The notes beneath the pieces were generated by a model. That model worked only from the letters and a program-made list of their open reading frames with translations, was not told the origin of the DNA and did no database searches. A stretch of DNA of 64,000 nt from NCBI GenBank assembly GCA_964187785.1, contig OZ076409.1, positions 1,178,001-1,242,000 of the forward strand, given 5' to 3'. This DNA comes from Amphiscolops sp. MND2022 (Eukaryota). Shown piece by piece: positions 25,374 to 38,410 of the stretch (position 1 is the first letter of the stretch; the number at the start of each line of letters is the position of its first letter). The translations under genes and the position numbers were made by a program.

Positions 25374-28300
25374 TGTGACATACGAAGGTCACAACCCAAA
25401 AAGAGCAACAGTGTTATTGTCAAACAAACTCACAAACAACTGAATTAGCTACTGCTCTATTTATGTTTATACGATACGATGTAAAAGATATGATACTTTT
25501 GCCATCATGTATTTGAGATAGATCCAATACAGCTGAAGAGATATTACTGTACCTAGCCTGTTTTAAACCTAGATTTAGTGATCTTAACATGGCGCAGTAA
25601 GCAAGATTTTCTTTTTACCAAATTTGTCCACCTCTTTTACCCCTTCTACCCTATCAACATACAACTATACCAAAATGGCCGTAGCAACCAAAATACAACT
25701 GCCATATTTAGAAGACACCGGACTAGACGGTAAGAAACTATACACACCCAAAGAATGGACCGAAAGACTCCGGCACTACCTAAAAAGAATCTACAATATC
25801 GACATTAAACCGATATTAACGGATGACACGGTACCAACCGGAGATCCCTGGAATACAAAAGAACCTGAAATCAGACAAGATTTTATCTGGGGCGCCGGAC
25901 CGTCAGCAATTGAAATTATCACAGAAGGCGAATTCAACACGGACCCAGACACAATCACAACCGATAAACTAATACAACTATTCAAAGAGTACTACATGCC
26001 GAAAATAAATACATATCACAGCCGCGGAGATTTCTTCTGGGCCAAACAAGAAGAAAACGAGACACCAGAAGAACACTGGAAAAAGCTGATAACACTCGAA
26101 AAGAACTGCGAATTCAAAGATATTAAAAAGGAAGACCTATTAATATCGAAATTCATCACGAGCATAACCGATAAAAAAACTTCGGGAGAAGATTTTCCGC
26201 GAAAAGACCCTCAATCTGAAAACCACCGTGAAACTTATCACACAAAACAGCTACGACCGCCGACACAAACATTCTATCATACCAGCTGCACTGGCAAAAG
26301 ATAAAGAAATCAAAGAACAACCAGTCCAAAAAATACAACCAAAAATAAAAACCGATAAATACGGTGGCAAAACAATACAAAAGAAAAACAACTGCGGATT
26401 TTGTGGACAACAAAATTTGAACCCACAACACACATGTCCGGCAAAAAACGCGAAATGCAACAGTTGCCAGAAAATGGGCCACTTCGCACGAAAATGCCGC
26501 AGAAAACAAAACAAAAACGACCAAAGAAGAATCAACTATCTGGAAGAAACAAGTTCAGAAGAAGAAGAAAGCGAACCCGAAGAAATCCGCCAAATAACAC
26601 AAATAAACAAAATACTGTCCGACAACAACAACCACTACGGTGTCGAAATGATAATAAACGGGAAAAAGCAAAAATTTATAATCGACACCGAAACCCCGGT
26701 CACCATCATACCATATGACCAGAAGATACACAACACAAAAAAAAGCAAACCAATGAAAGAAAGATACCAGGACGTAAACAAAAACGAAATCAAATTCATG
26801 GGAAAAACATGGGTAACCGCGGAATATAACGGGACATCAGCCAAATTACCGATGCTGATTACCAAAAGAAATGATATCACACCACAACGGGGAGTAAATT
26901 GGCTAAAACAACTGCCAATAACAATAAATAAAATCTTATTGGACAACGAAACCAGCCAATCAGAAAGCATATACAAAAAGTACCACAAACTCTTTAACAC
27001 CAACCATACAATAAAAGACGCCGAAGTCAAAATACAGATAAAACCGGGATGTTACCCAAAACAACAAAAAGCACGACCGATACCCTACCATCTGCAAGAA
27101 GACGTAAAAAACGAACTGAACCGAATAATAGAATCCGGGCACCTAGAAAGACTAGAAACAATCGACGAAGATTGCTTTGTATCACCCGTAGAAATTACGG
27201 TAAAGAAAGACAAATCCGTCAAAATCGCACTAGACGCCAGAAAACTGAACGACAGCTACATTAAGAAAAGACCACATATGCCGAACATGGATGAACTACT
27301 CAACCAAATATCCGCGGAACTATCAAAAAACGATACCGACCCAGTTTGGATATCCGTAATAGACTTGGACTATGCATACGGCCAAATGAAACTAGCGCCC
27401 GAAACAAGCAAACACTGCAATTTTGCAATCACAGGAGAAAAAATCAATGGATATTACCGTTTCCGAAAAGGATTTCACGGCCCAGCAGACATACCCACAA
27501 TATTTCAAGAGAAGAAAGACCGCACGCTCGGACACGAAACACCCTTATGGCTAGATGACATCATAGTGGTCACACGAGGCACAAAAGAGGAACACACCCA
27601 AAAACTAGAATCAGTACTCACAAAACTCGAAAACGAAGGCTACAAGGCGAGCAAGAAAAAGTCAAAATTCTACTGAAAAGAGACAGTCTGGCTGGGACAC
27701 ACTGTTTCCCAGGACGGAATAAGACCGAACAAAGAAAAGACAGAAGCTATAAACAAACTAAACCCACCAACCAACACAAAAACACTCAAATCCGTTTTGG
27801 GGGCGATCCAATACTTTGCAAAATTCATACCAAACTTATCCAAAAAAAACTGACAATATGAGACAACTACTCAAGAAAAACACGAAATGGGAGTGGACAG
27901 AAGAACGAAACACCGATTTTAACAAAATCAAGAAAGAACTAACTTCACAACCATGCCTCGCACATTACAACGGGAACAAAGAAAATATTGTCACCACTGA
28001 CGCTTGCGGTGCCGGTATCGGAATAGCAATATGGCAGAAGCAAAGCAACGGAGATTTAAAGCAAATACCTTTCGCCAGCCGATACCTTAACGACGCAGAA
28101 AAAAATATTCAGTCGGAGAACTAGAACTACTGGCGGTAGTATGGGGATTAGAACAGTTCAGATTTCACCTGTACGGAAAACAAGTTCAACTATTCTCCAA
28201 CCACCAAGCTCTGGAACCGCATTTGAAAAAGAATAAATCAAATAAACAATATAGTGCCCGACTAACCCGGTGGCTTGACAGACTCAATCATTTCGACATC

Positions 28301-31112
28301 ACATTAAAATACACCGCGGGGAAAGAAATCAAATTCACGGACTTTATTAGTCGAAATCCCACCGAAATGGCGGAACCGGAAGAAAATTACGAAGAAGAAT
28401 TCGTGATTGACGCCATCGCGCAGCTTCCAACGGCAAATTACCGCATCGGCCGGATTTTCAACCAATCAGATCAGATCACTCCAATACGACTGTCATGCAT
28501 GATACGCGACGCACTCAGACAGGTACGCGCTGCAACAAAACAAACAATCATTCAAACTTTCAAACGACCGCTAATTACAATAACCATACCGTGACAGACA
28601 ATTATCATTTGAAATTAGAGAAGAACCAGACAATAGACAACAACAACAATTAAGATATGCAAGAACCGGAGAGATACCCCAGAGATGAAGAGGGGAGATT
28701 AAAAAACCATAGGGCGCGGACGACACAATCATGAAAATCATAGAAAGAAAAGATAATTCGCCGGAAACCAGAGATCTAGTGAGACAACGGATCGCATTAA
28801 CAAAACCCGGGAACATGCGCCATCACTACAACAAGAAACTAGAAAGACAAATTCTAGTGCCGAGAAGAAGAAGAACGAAAAAAAGTAAAACGAATCGATC
28901 TCCGACTAAAGCGGAAAGAAGAACATCGAGTAACCCACATCGGCGGGGGATATTTCAAAAACTTTGGTGACCAACCGTCACAGGAGCACCAAGAACACGG
29001 CATATCGGCAAAAACACCAATGGAGACCAATAGAGAGTCCGAGTCGACGGTCTCCTCCACCCCCGAAGAGCCAGTCACAACCCAAGAACCTGGCGCATAC
29101 CCGGCCATCCCGGTACAAGAATTTAGAGACGGGCCAATCGAGGAAATCGCTGTACGCTACGTACGCATCAACCGCGTAATAGAAAACAAAGCCATAAGGA
29201 ACAAGAAGCAAGAAGACAATGTTAGAGCGGCAGAAATAGACTTCATGCTTGATCTTGAAACTTTAATAAAAAAACTGCCGCAGACCCGGACTTGGTTGAG
29301 CTACAATGCTGCATCGAAGACAATAATCTCAGCCAGGCCCCAGAAGCCTACAAACAAATTATAAAGAGGCTAACCCACCGCTGGGGAATTACCATGGTCG
29401 ACGACAGAATTATCGTCCCAAGAAGCCTCAGATACGCAGCACTGAACGCACTCCATTCCGGACATCCCGGAATCAACAAGATGTGTGGCAGCCATATTCC
29501 GGTGGCCGAACATGCGGGCCGACATTGAGAAAAAACCAAAGACCTGCTCCGCCTACCTAAATGCCGGTAAGAATTTGAAATGTCAAATATCCAGTACCGA
29601 AAAAAAAACAAAAATAGAACCGCCGGAAAACCCAGGCGAAGAGATCCAAATGGATTTCACCGCAAACCTAAACAGTAAACATTTTGAACACTTCCCCTTC
29701 ATCCTAATTGCCGTCGATAGCAATAGCCGATGGCCAGTACCAAAAATTTGCAAAAATACGAATCATGAATCCGTAATAACATTCCTAAAGGAATATACCA
29801 ATATTTACGGCGTCCTGAAATCAATCAAAACGGATAAGGGAAGTGCATTCATATCAAAAGAGTTTAGTAAATATTGTAATGAAAACAATCTTACCCGTAA
29901 ATACGGTACAGCAAATTTACATATTGGAACGGGATTGGCTGAGAGAACCATCCAATCTCTGAAGAATTTAATAAAAGCCAACCTAGAAGACGGAACCAAT
30001 CTTAGAAATAATTTAGACAAAGCACTATATGTGCTTAGATATACAGCCCATTCTGAACTTCAAAAAACACCATTCGAACTCCATTTTGGACAAAAACCCA
30101 GAACGAAATTAACCAACCTAAAAAATGTTATTTCAGCCGACTCGAAAGACTTGTCCTTGTACATAACCCGAAGCTCTACGGGTGAAATCAAGTAAAAATT
30201 AAAGTAATACACAGAAAACTAATATCCAACCCATTACCATTTCAGAACAATACAACACCGACGAAACGGATAAACACCCGACAGACGACTACGGAGCAAC
30301 CGTCTTGCTCCAAATCAACCGAACCACAAACAACTTGTGTCTACAGAAGGAAAGAACCACCAAAGCCGAACAACCACGAAAACAGCGAAGATTGGATCCG
30401 AAGGAAAGACCAACCGAGAAATGAGAAGGGACAATTCACTTCTCCACAGAAAAACACCGGCAACATGACGGACTTAGACCCGAGCAACGTCTCAGATGAC
30501 GAATTTAACTGCTACAACAACAGTGAAGACAGGCCAATAAGCGTGAATGTGGACGATGAACTACAAATCCACCCGAAAGAAACGAGACTATCGCCGGAGA
30601 CAGGTATAAACCACGACCACATAATAACTAAACCAACAACGCCCGTAAGAAGGTCTAGAAGACTACCATTTCCAAAACAAATCGAAAAACTAGGCGGTAT
30701 CCCTAACCAAACCAATAATAACCGTAAAAGAATTAAACATAACCATAATTTGTTACAGGAAAGACGAACAACACCACCACAAAACAGTGAAGAAGAGGAA
30801 AACCGTAACATACGGACAAAAGAAGAAGTCAACTGTATTATACGGAACCAACACCCCAAAACCCCCAAATCACAAACCCACATGAAGAGGGGGGAATGTG
30901 ACATACGAAGGTCACAACCCAAAAAGAGCAACAGTGTTGTTGTCAAACAAACTCACAAACAACTGAATTAGCTACTGCTCTATTTATGTTCATACGATAC
31001 GATGTAGAAGATATGATACTCTTGCCATTATGTATTTGAGACAGATCCAATACAGCTGAAGAGATATTACTGTACCTAGCCTGTTTTAAACCTAGATTTA
31101 GTGATCTTAACA
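25374..31112 (+). mobile_element. Ty3/Gypsy LTR retrotransposon (Mag-like), decayed
   Basis: 216-bp TG...CA LTRs at 25374-25589 and 30897-31112 (6 mismatches counted), TSD GGAAG, PBS TGGCGCAGTAAGCA (tRNA-Ser type), PPT before the 3' LTR. Confidence 0.95.
25675..30195 (+). pseudogene. gag-pol: Gag with two Cys/His boxes, protease, RT, RNase H, integrase
   Basis: CGFCG...HTCPAKNAKCNSCQKMGHFARKC; IIDTE; LDARKLN, WLDD; TTDACGAGIG; HSGHPG, QMDF, KTDKGSAF, GLAERTIQ. Multiple stops and frameshifts. Confidence 0.9.
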
Positions 31113-31299
31113 GGAAGCTATGTAAAAATCAGGTCCAATTTCCGGCACTCGCAAATTTGGCTCTCGGGTATTTATCTATACACGGAACAGCCGTACCAAG
31201 TGAAAGAGAATGGAGTGACGGAGGTAACATCATTTCCAGTGGGAGGCAAAGTATTTCTACAGCAGACTTCAGAATGTTGATTTTTCTCAAAGAAAGTCT

Positions 31300-32520
31300 C
31301 TTGAAATAATGATTCTTTAACCTTTTCTGAATTCATTGATTTTCATCGACTTTTCAATTAATAAGCTGCCGCCATTGAGTGATCATTGACCGAGTTTAAT
31401 TTTTTCCCTAACCGTACACCCCTACAGACCATTTTCAGACCAAAAAGTAAACACGAGAAACATAGAAAAATGAAAAAGTTGCAGCATTGATCAATTCGGA
31501 CTTTCGACTCAAAGCTTTCGACAGTGTTTTGCAAAATGGACTGCTCACGAAGCTCTGGGGCACTGTTTCACGAGGGAATTTTCTCAAAATCATTGAAACA
31601 TACTTCGGAAATTGTACGTACAAACCTGGATAACGCATACAACTCTTCTTTCACTCCAAAGCGAGGCCTTCGTCAGGGAAGTGTCCTCTCTCCCATCGTT
31701 TTCACTTTTTAGGTCGCAGTTTGTAAGCAGCTGGCTGTAGCGTAAAAGTTAAACATGCGGACAGTTCACAAATCATAGTTACTGCGAATGACCTGCAAAG
31801 CTTTCAGTAAATCATCCAACGGAACCAGAGAACTGTAACTGTCCGTCAACATTGGTGTGGCTAATGGCGTATTGAGATTAAGAACTTGAAAAGGGACATT
31901 GTTCTGAGTGACAACAGAGAACATGCAACCCCGTTTTTACCTCGACAAAAAAATTAGCAGAATAAATTTCAGCAACAAAACTCTGGGTGTTATTGTCGAC
32001 GAGACGTTACCTTCCAAGCAAGATGCGGAAGCAACGAATGGACGAGGCAAGAAAACGGAAGACGCTGCACAAAAAAGGTGGCCTATCAAGAATATCATTG
32101 GAAAGCTTTTATAAAATCTCTAACTTGTCAATCGTTTTTTTGCACTCTATCCGAACTCTGTTCAACCAAAACAAACTTTGAAAATTACAAAGGTTCTTTT
32201 CACGAACTCGGGAGCAGCAGAAGTTTTGCTTGCTGTTCAAGCCTTTGACATTCTGTTTGAATTAATTACTGCGAAATTTTGCACTGAAATACTCTCATCA
32301 AAAGACATTTTGAAGAACTCGATACTCGAAGACGAAACAATTTCCAACGCAAGACCACAGAAATGGTCTGAAACGTTTTTTGATCGAACGAAGTGTAGTT
32401 TGACAATCAACTCAAAAAACCGAGAAACTTATCCAGAGAAGAGAAAAGGAAGATTTGTTGATTCACATAAGCAAGCACAAAAAATATTTGACGCTTGCAA
32501 AAAGAAGATACTAGCCTAGA
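31300..32520 (+). mobile_element. Degraded LINE RT fragment
   Basis: RGLRQGSVLSPIVF and KTLGVIVD. Confidence 0.6.
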
Positions 32521-32859
32521 AGATGTTGGATTCTTGCCTAGTCCTGAATAATAATTTTCCTCATACAACCCAAAACTACGACCAGTCCCTATGGAAACTG
32601 ACAAGACATCGATATACTTTTTTTCATTGCTAGCAAAACAAGGAAATGACCGCTGAACACGGTATTAAGTTTTCTATATACGAGACAATAGAAGCACACA
32701 GACATTTAAAATTAAATAGACAGGCAGGTCACTGTTAATATCGCCAATCCAAAAGGAATCAGCCAGTAGCCGAAGTAACCGATACCTTCGTGAATCCTGG
32801 AAAGAAAAAAGAAAACATACCTTGAAAAGGGAAAAAACAAACGGCAAACAAACCAATTG

Positions 32860-33990
32860 AATAGCTGAAAAACTCGACAAACTATAGCGGGATTTTTTGT
32901 GAGAACACCTAAACTTTTGTACAACTGAAACATACCGAAACTTGTAAAACAGAGACCTTTGGCTTTTTTAGCATCCATTTCGCGTCAAAACTGTCTGAAA
33001 AGTTTTACAGTGACACAAAAATTGAAAGGCGGACACTTCAGTCTCGTGCGGTTTTGAATGTTACAGTAAAAGGTAAACATTGAAAGCGGGGGAATTTGGA
33101 ATAACTTTCAGGAATTTCCCAGGTATTTGTTTAGTTTACAAACTGAACAAGAATTTCATCGTATTCGAGTCTGTCATAAAGATAGAAAACGATTGACTGT
33201 ATTAGTCGTGTTTTTTTGTTTTCTGAGCATCGACTAAATACGAGACTTGACTAAATTATTGATTTTGCTTCAAATAAGTTGACAACAGGATTTGTTTCGT
33301 TCTGCTTAAGGCTCGAATTGTTTCCAAATAGTGTAAAAACAGGGTGTTCGCGCCATTATAACTGATATAGTTGTTGGAAATCGAATTTTCCCGTAATTGA
33401 TAAACAGTTTCCAAACCATTCCCAAACAAATGTACAGTACGTGGGTTATTAGTCGGCGCTTTTCGTAGAAAACGCACACTATAGCACTAGGTATTTTTAA
33501 GAGCATCGAGGTGATAGATTTTATAAGCTTTGTAAGTTTTTGCTCCCACTACCTGGCACACTAAACTCGTGACTTCTACTGCCACTTGCCGTAGAGGCAA
33601 TTCAGGCTTTTATGAGGTCTGCGAAGCCATTGACCAAACATTTTTCGTGCATGTTATTTCGGCTTTGTCAGTTTTTTTGCAACTTGTTTGATTCCCTTTC
33701 ATCAATTGTTTGACATTTTGCAAAAAAATGGATGTTCAAAAAACCCCAAGCTCCTTCTTATTACAATTTTCGGCACTATGCGACTTACCGGAGACTTCAA
33801 AAAATTTTCGAAAAAAAGTTTCAGGCAATTCTTTTCCCTAGTTTTTAGTTTTTTGAGAGTTTAGTTTTGTTATCTTTTCGAGAGGTAGGTAAATTTCAAC
33901 AAAAGTGTACCTTTGCCTATGTAAAAATACTTGATATTTTTGCTTTTTGAACCTTGAGCGGAGCGCCGACTTGTCTGTTCCCGGCTTGTT
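32860..33990. repeat. Dispersed repeat cluster of the 23590/36940/60300 family
   Basis: Shared CGGTTTTG..TGTTAC motif and the family terminal motif at 33945-33989. Confidence 0.45.
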
Positions 33991-35524
33991 TTACTGGTAC
34001 AGAAACATTTTAATCTCAATCAACACATTAAAAACTGGATGTAATGAAACGCCTTCCCATTCACAAAAACATAATGAAGCGAGTGGAAACTTTCAAATAA
34101 ACGACACGAAGGCATCATCTTTCCTCAAACTTCTAAAGTGCTTTGGTGTCAGAACCGCAGAGGCTATTCTCAAGAAAACTAGGAACTGCCAAACCCGATT
34201 GCCAAAATTTTGTCAAAAAAACATGGTCAACGAGGACTGTAAACTAGGTTTATACATTTGCTCTAATAATGTAGTCTTATATTTGTTTAACTCAATATCA
34301 TACTGGAGCTAAATAAACAAAGTTGTAGATCTAGTATGCCATATTTGCTAATGTTCATTCATAAATGGAAGTCAGAATGCATTATACTATTTTTTCATGT
34401 GAACAATTTGAACCAAGATTGCGTTGTACAAAAATCGTGATTGACTTCTGTATCGTTATGCATCATGATGAAAATAGGCTACGATATATCTTGTTATGGT
34501 ATCTTAATACACGCCATTATACGTTTTTCAGTGTGACAACTATACGTCATTGAGCGGTTTGAAGGTTTGAGACGAGGTGTCACTATGCAGCTTTGCTATA
34601 TAATGATCTACGTTAATATACGGATTTAGGGATAATGTATATACGTTCTAATGCATGTTCTTTGAAGTTCCATGTTTGTACATGAAATTGTTTTTCGCTG
34701 TCATGTAGCTGTATTTCAAAATTCTTCATGTAGAATGATATCAAATGACGTAATTTTGTTTTTTTTCTTCATGATGCCTTGGAAAACTGAGTGTCACCCT
34801 AGGAGAAAGTAGAAAAAGTGCTTCAGAAATAGAATACGCTTCTTGAAAACTCTTCATACAGTTCAGAAGCTCTTCCCAATCAACTGCTTTTGTGAAGTTG
34901 TTAGTGCTCAATATTTCAAATCTCTCGCATCGAAACTGATTTTCGTTTGAGCAAAGATGGGAAATAGAATAAACAGGAGACCTCTTATATGTGTACGCTT
35001 ATCAGGAAACGCCATCATAATTTCAGAAATAGAAGTTTGCTCTAAGGGCCTTAGAAATGAGGACATTAGGAGATCCTGCGAAACCCAACCCGTGTTCTAA
35101 AATGAAGTAAACTTAAACAAAACCATGATCATAAACGAAAACCCTGAAGAAGAGGATTGTCACATTTTGGGTTTTCACCATTTCCCTAGTCGAGATTGCT
35201 TGAACTTTTTACATGCTGCATGGAAACATACAGGCTAATTTTTTTTACAAAACATGGAAAATTCCGGGAGCCTGCATGGAAACATTTTATAGCATTACCA
35301 TGCAGTTTCCACCATTTCACTTAAAACTGAAAACATTTCCACTTCTTCACCACCGCGACTACTTTGTTTTCACGCGTAAGTTCCTCAAGTAAGTACCTTA
35401 TGTAATCACCGTTAGTCAAATAGCACGCTGAATATGACGCTACTTTGAAACTTATAATAAGACTGAAGTTTATTTGCACTGAAGTCGCGGTAAAATTGAT
35501 GACGGTCTCAGCTGCTTTCAAAAT

Positions 35525-35724
35525 NNNNNNNNNNNNNNNNNNNNNNNNNNNNNNNNNNNNNNNNNNNNNNNNNNNNNNNNNNNNNNNNNNNNNNNNNNNN
35601 NNNNNNNNNNNNNNNNNNNNNNNNNNNNNNNNNNNNNNNNNNNNNNNNNNNNNNNNNNNNNNNNNNNNNNNNNNNNNNNNNNNNNNNNNNNNNNNNNNNN
35701 NNNNNNNNNNNNNNNNNNNNNNNN
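35525..35724. other. Assembly gap (200 N)
   Basis: Run of N. Confidence 1.
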
Positions 35725-35999
35725 ATAGAACAGGCAAACGAAATGTCAGCGAACACAATTTTTTTCACGCCTGTGTGTCTGTAAAAGAATAATACACTTG
35801 GTTTGTTAAATGTTCCTGCAGCATCTGTTTTGCAGAACTGTTTCATAAACTTCCATTTTTACATTAAAATTTTTACAGCCTTCAAGTATTTGTAGGTAAC
35901 TAATTAAAGTACCCACAGAACGTCTAGATCATGGAGATAACTTGCATTAAGATGAGAAAACGATCGTAAAATTAAATTTTATTTGTTTACATTTTGAAA

Positions 36000-36900
36000 T
36001 TAACCAGTTCAATAACGTTTTGATGGCCGTATCCCATCTGACAATGGTAAGGAAATTAGGCAATGAAGTTTTTGCTGCTAAAAATTGTTGACAATTGCTT
36101 GGAGTCTCCGGTGTGGCAATGGACAAAATCACGTGTTTTCTTCTCTCGCAAACTAAAATTTGATGAGTGCTCCCTATACCGACGGTGTCCAATTTTCACC
36201 CACTTCAATAACTCTCTGTAAATAAATTCGCAAATCGATTTCAAGTACATTTCAAAGCGAAAGTCTTCTTTTTACGAACAAGCGGGATTCAGAACAAAAG
36301 GAAGCACAGCTCTATCACTAGATATCACTCATCGAAATCTTCTTCTTGAAAATGCGAAAAATCGTGTTTGCCAACAGCACTTATAAACTTTGATATCAGG
36401 AAGGCTTTTAACTCAATGCTAGTGGACGGGTGCCCCTTCAAACTCTTGAAAAAAAACTTTCCTGTCACACTGTGTTGAATAAGTGAGTCGCTGTGGAAAA
36501 CCAGAGTCGCTTTCATCGATATGAAAACCTATCTTCCACCGAAGTTCCAAGATGTTTGGGCGCAAATTGCGTAACTTGTTAGCTGAGGATTTGGTTGAGA
36601 TAACTGACCACTTTAACATCCTCAACGCAGATGAACCAACATTTTTTAGCACCGAACAGTTCCACAACCCTTGATCTTTGTATATTCAATGGGCCTTGTT
36701 TGAAAGGTGTAAACAAACTTAGTCTGCACCGAACTACTTCTATGTGCACTATTGAGGGGTCATGCACAACTCAAAAAGAGATTGGAAAATTTGATCCAGC
36801 ATTAGGAAAACTGAGCAAATACGGATAGAACTAACATATTCTGCTATTGAACTTCTTTCAGTGAGGGCTGAAACGAAGAATTCATGGTGGTTGATGGCGA
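36000..36900 (+). mobile_element. Degraded LINE RT fragment
   Basis: EQAGFRTKGST (~36277-36310) and NFDIRKAFNS (~36386-36415). Confidence 0.6.
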
Positions 36901-36939
36901 CATTCAGTTTCTTTTGAACGTCATTCAGTCTCAAAGTGC

Positions 36940-37320
36940 AAAAAAATCTAAAAAGGGAGACCCTTTGGGCTTTTCGCAACTCCAGTTTGTTGCAAAATAT
37001 CAAAAATTGTAAAAGGGGACACTTTGGAGACAGAAAAATTCAAGAAAACTTCAAACAGTGTCAAAAAAAGCCAAATCGGCGACCCTAAAGTTTCGTCCGG
37101 TTTTGTATTTTTGAATTGTACTATAAAAACGGAATATTTGAAAAGGGGACCCTTTGCAGTAACTTGGAAGCCCATTTCCGCTTGCCGGGACAAAAGTTTT
37201 GTGGTTCTGTATAATGCCCACTACCCTTACATTGTGTTATTTGACGAATGAATAAGAAAAAAAACTAGCCACTTTAATAATTGCGCTCATGTTCTACTCA
37301 AATGCGTCAACTAAAAACTA
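36940..37320 (-). repeat. Dispersed repeat (same family, inverted)
   Basis: AAAAGGGGACCCTTTG units, the inverse of those at 60360-60500. Confidence 0.5.
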
Positions 37321-37933
37321 CAGTGTATGCCGAAGAAGGAATTAGGAGAATTTAAACAAATTTTTTGAAAAATAACATTTTAACAAGCTGATATCCAATG
37401 TCAAATTCGCACGGAAATTGGAGGCCTAAATGAAGCAACCACAAGAAGTCCAAGAAATGAAACTGGAGTGCATAAAAATGAGAAAACGATTGAAAATTTA
37501 ACGAACGTCATCTTGAAATTGAACGTCATCTTGAAATTATTTTCCGTTGTAAATGCTCTCCACCTGATAATATTCTTTTAAAAGTTAGGCAATGAAGCGT
37601 TTTCATCTCTACTGAATTTTCTCGATTCTTGCTGGGAAATTCATTCGTGGCGGCAATGGACCGGCGGACGAGTGTTCTTTCTTCGCAAACCAAAGAAAGA
37701 ACGACTGCATGAATGCTCCTTATATCGACCGCCGTTCTGCTCATTTTCACCCATTTCAGTAAATCTTTGAGAAGAAACTTGCAATAAACTCAAGAGTGTA
37801 TCTCTCAATGCAGAAAAAAGTCTTTCGGCGGCAACGAACAGGCAACGAACAGGTGGTATTGACAACAAAGAGAAGAACAGCTCAGTCATTGTATAGACAC
37901 CGTCTTGTTCAAGAGAATGCAATACAAACACAG

Positions 37934-38410
37934 CAGGGGCGGTAATATTACACGGACATGACAACTGAAAAATCACGGAAAATTTCACGTTAGATTCAAA
38001 CAAATTACACGGAAAAATTACTGAAAATGTATAAAAAACACGCTTTTTCACGCAAAACAATATCAATTAACACATATTTATTCAAAAAATTTTGCATTGA
38101 CATGAAGAAACAAAAGGTGTTTTATAGTAGTTTCATCCATACTTTCCCTTTCTTCGCTTAGTAGTTTATTGAAATGCGAGAATGTTCGCTCTTTCGACGC
38201 AGAAGACGAGGGAAGAAATAAATCAGTTAATAAGTGATTAAATTAGTATGTATTAACGATGAAAGGGGTATACGATGGCGGTAATTGTGTTATTTTACAC
38301 GCTTTTTCACTTATTGAGCTGTAATTTCATGCTATATCACGGCGTGATTTGATTAGTCGAATTACATGGAATTTCACGCGATTTCACTCCGTGTTTTATT
38401 TCCGCCCCTG
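37934..38410. mobile_element. hAT-family MITE
   Basis: TIR CAGGGGCGG / CCGCCCCTG with a perfect 8-bp TSD AAACACAG (37926-37933, 38411-38418). Confidence 0.9.

Noticed and set aside
35321..35846. ORFs spanning the N run
   Set aside because: Artefacts of the assembly gap.
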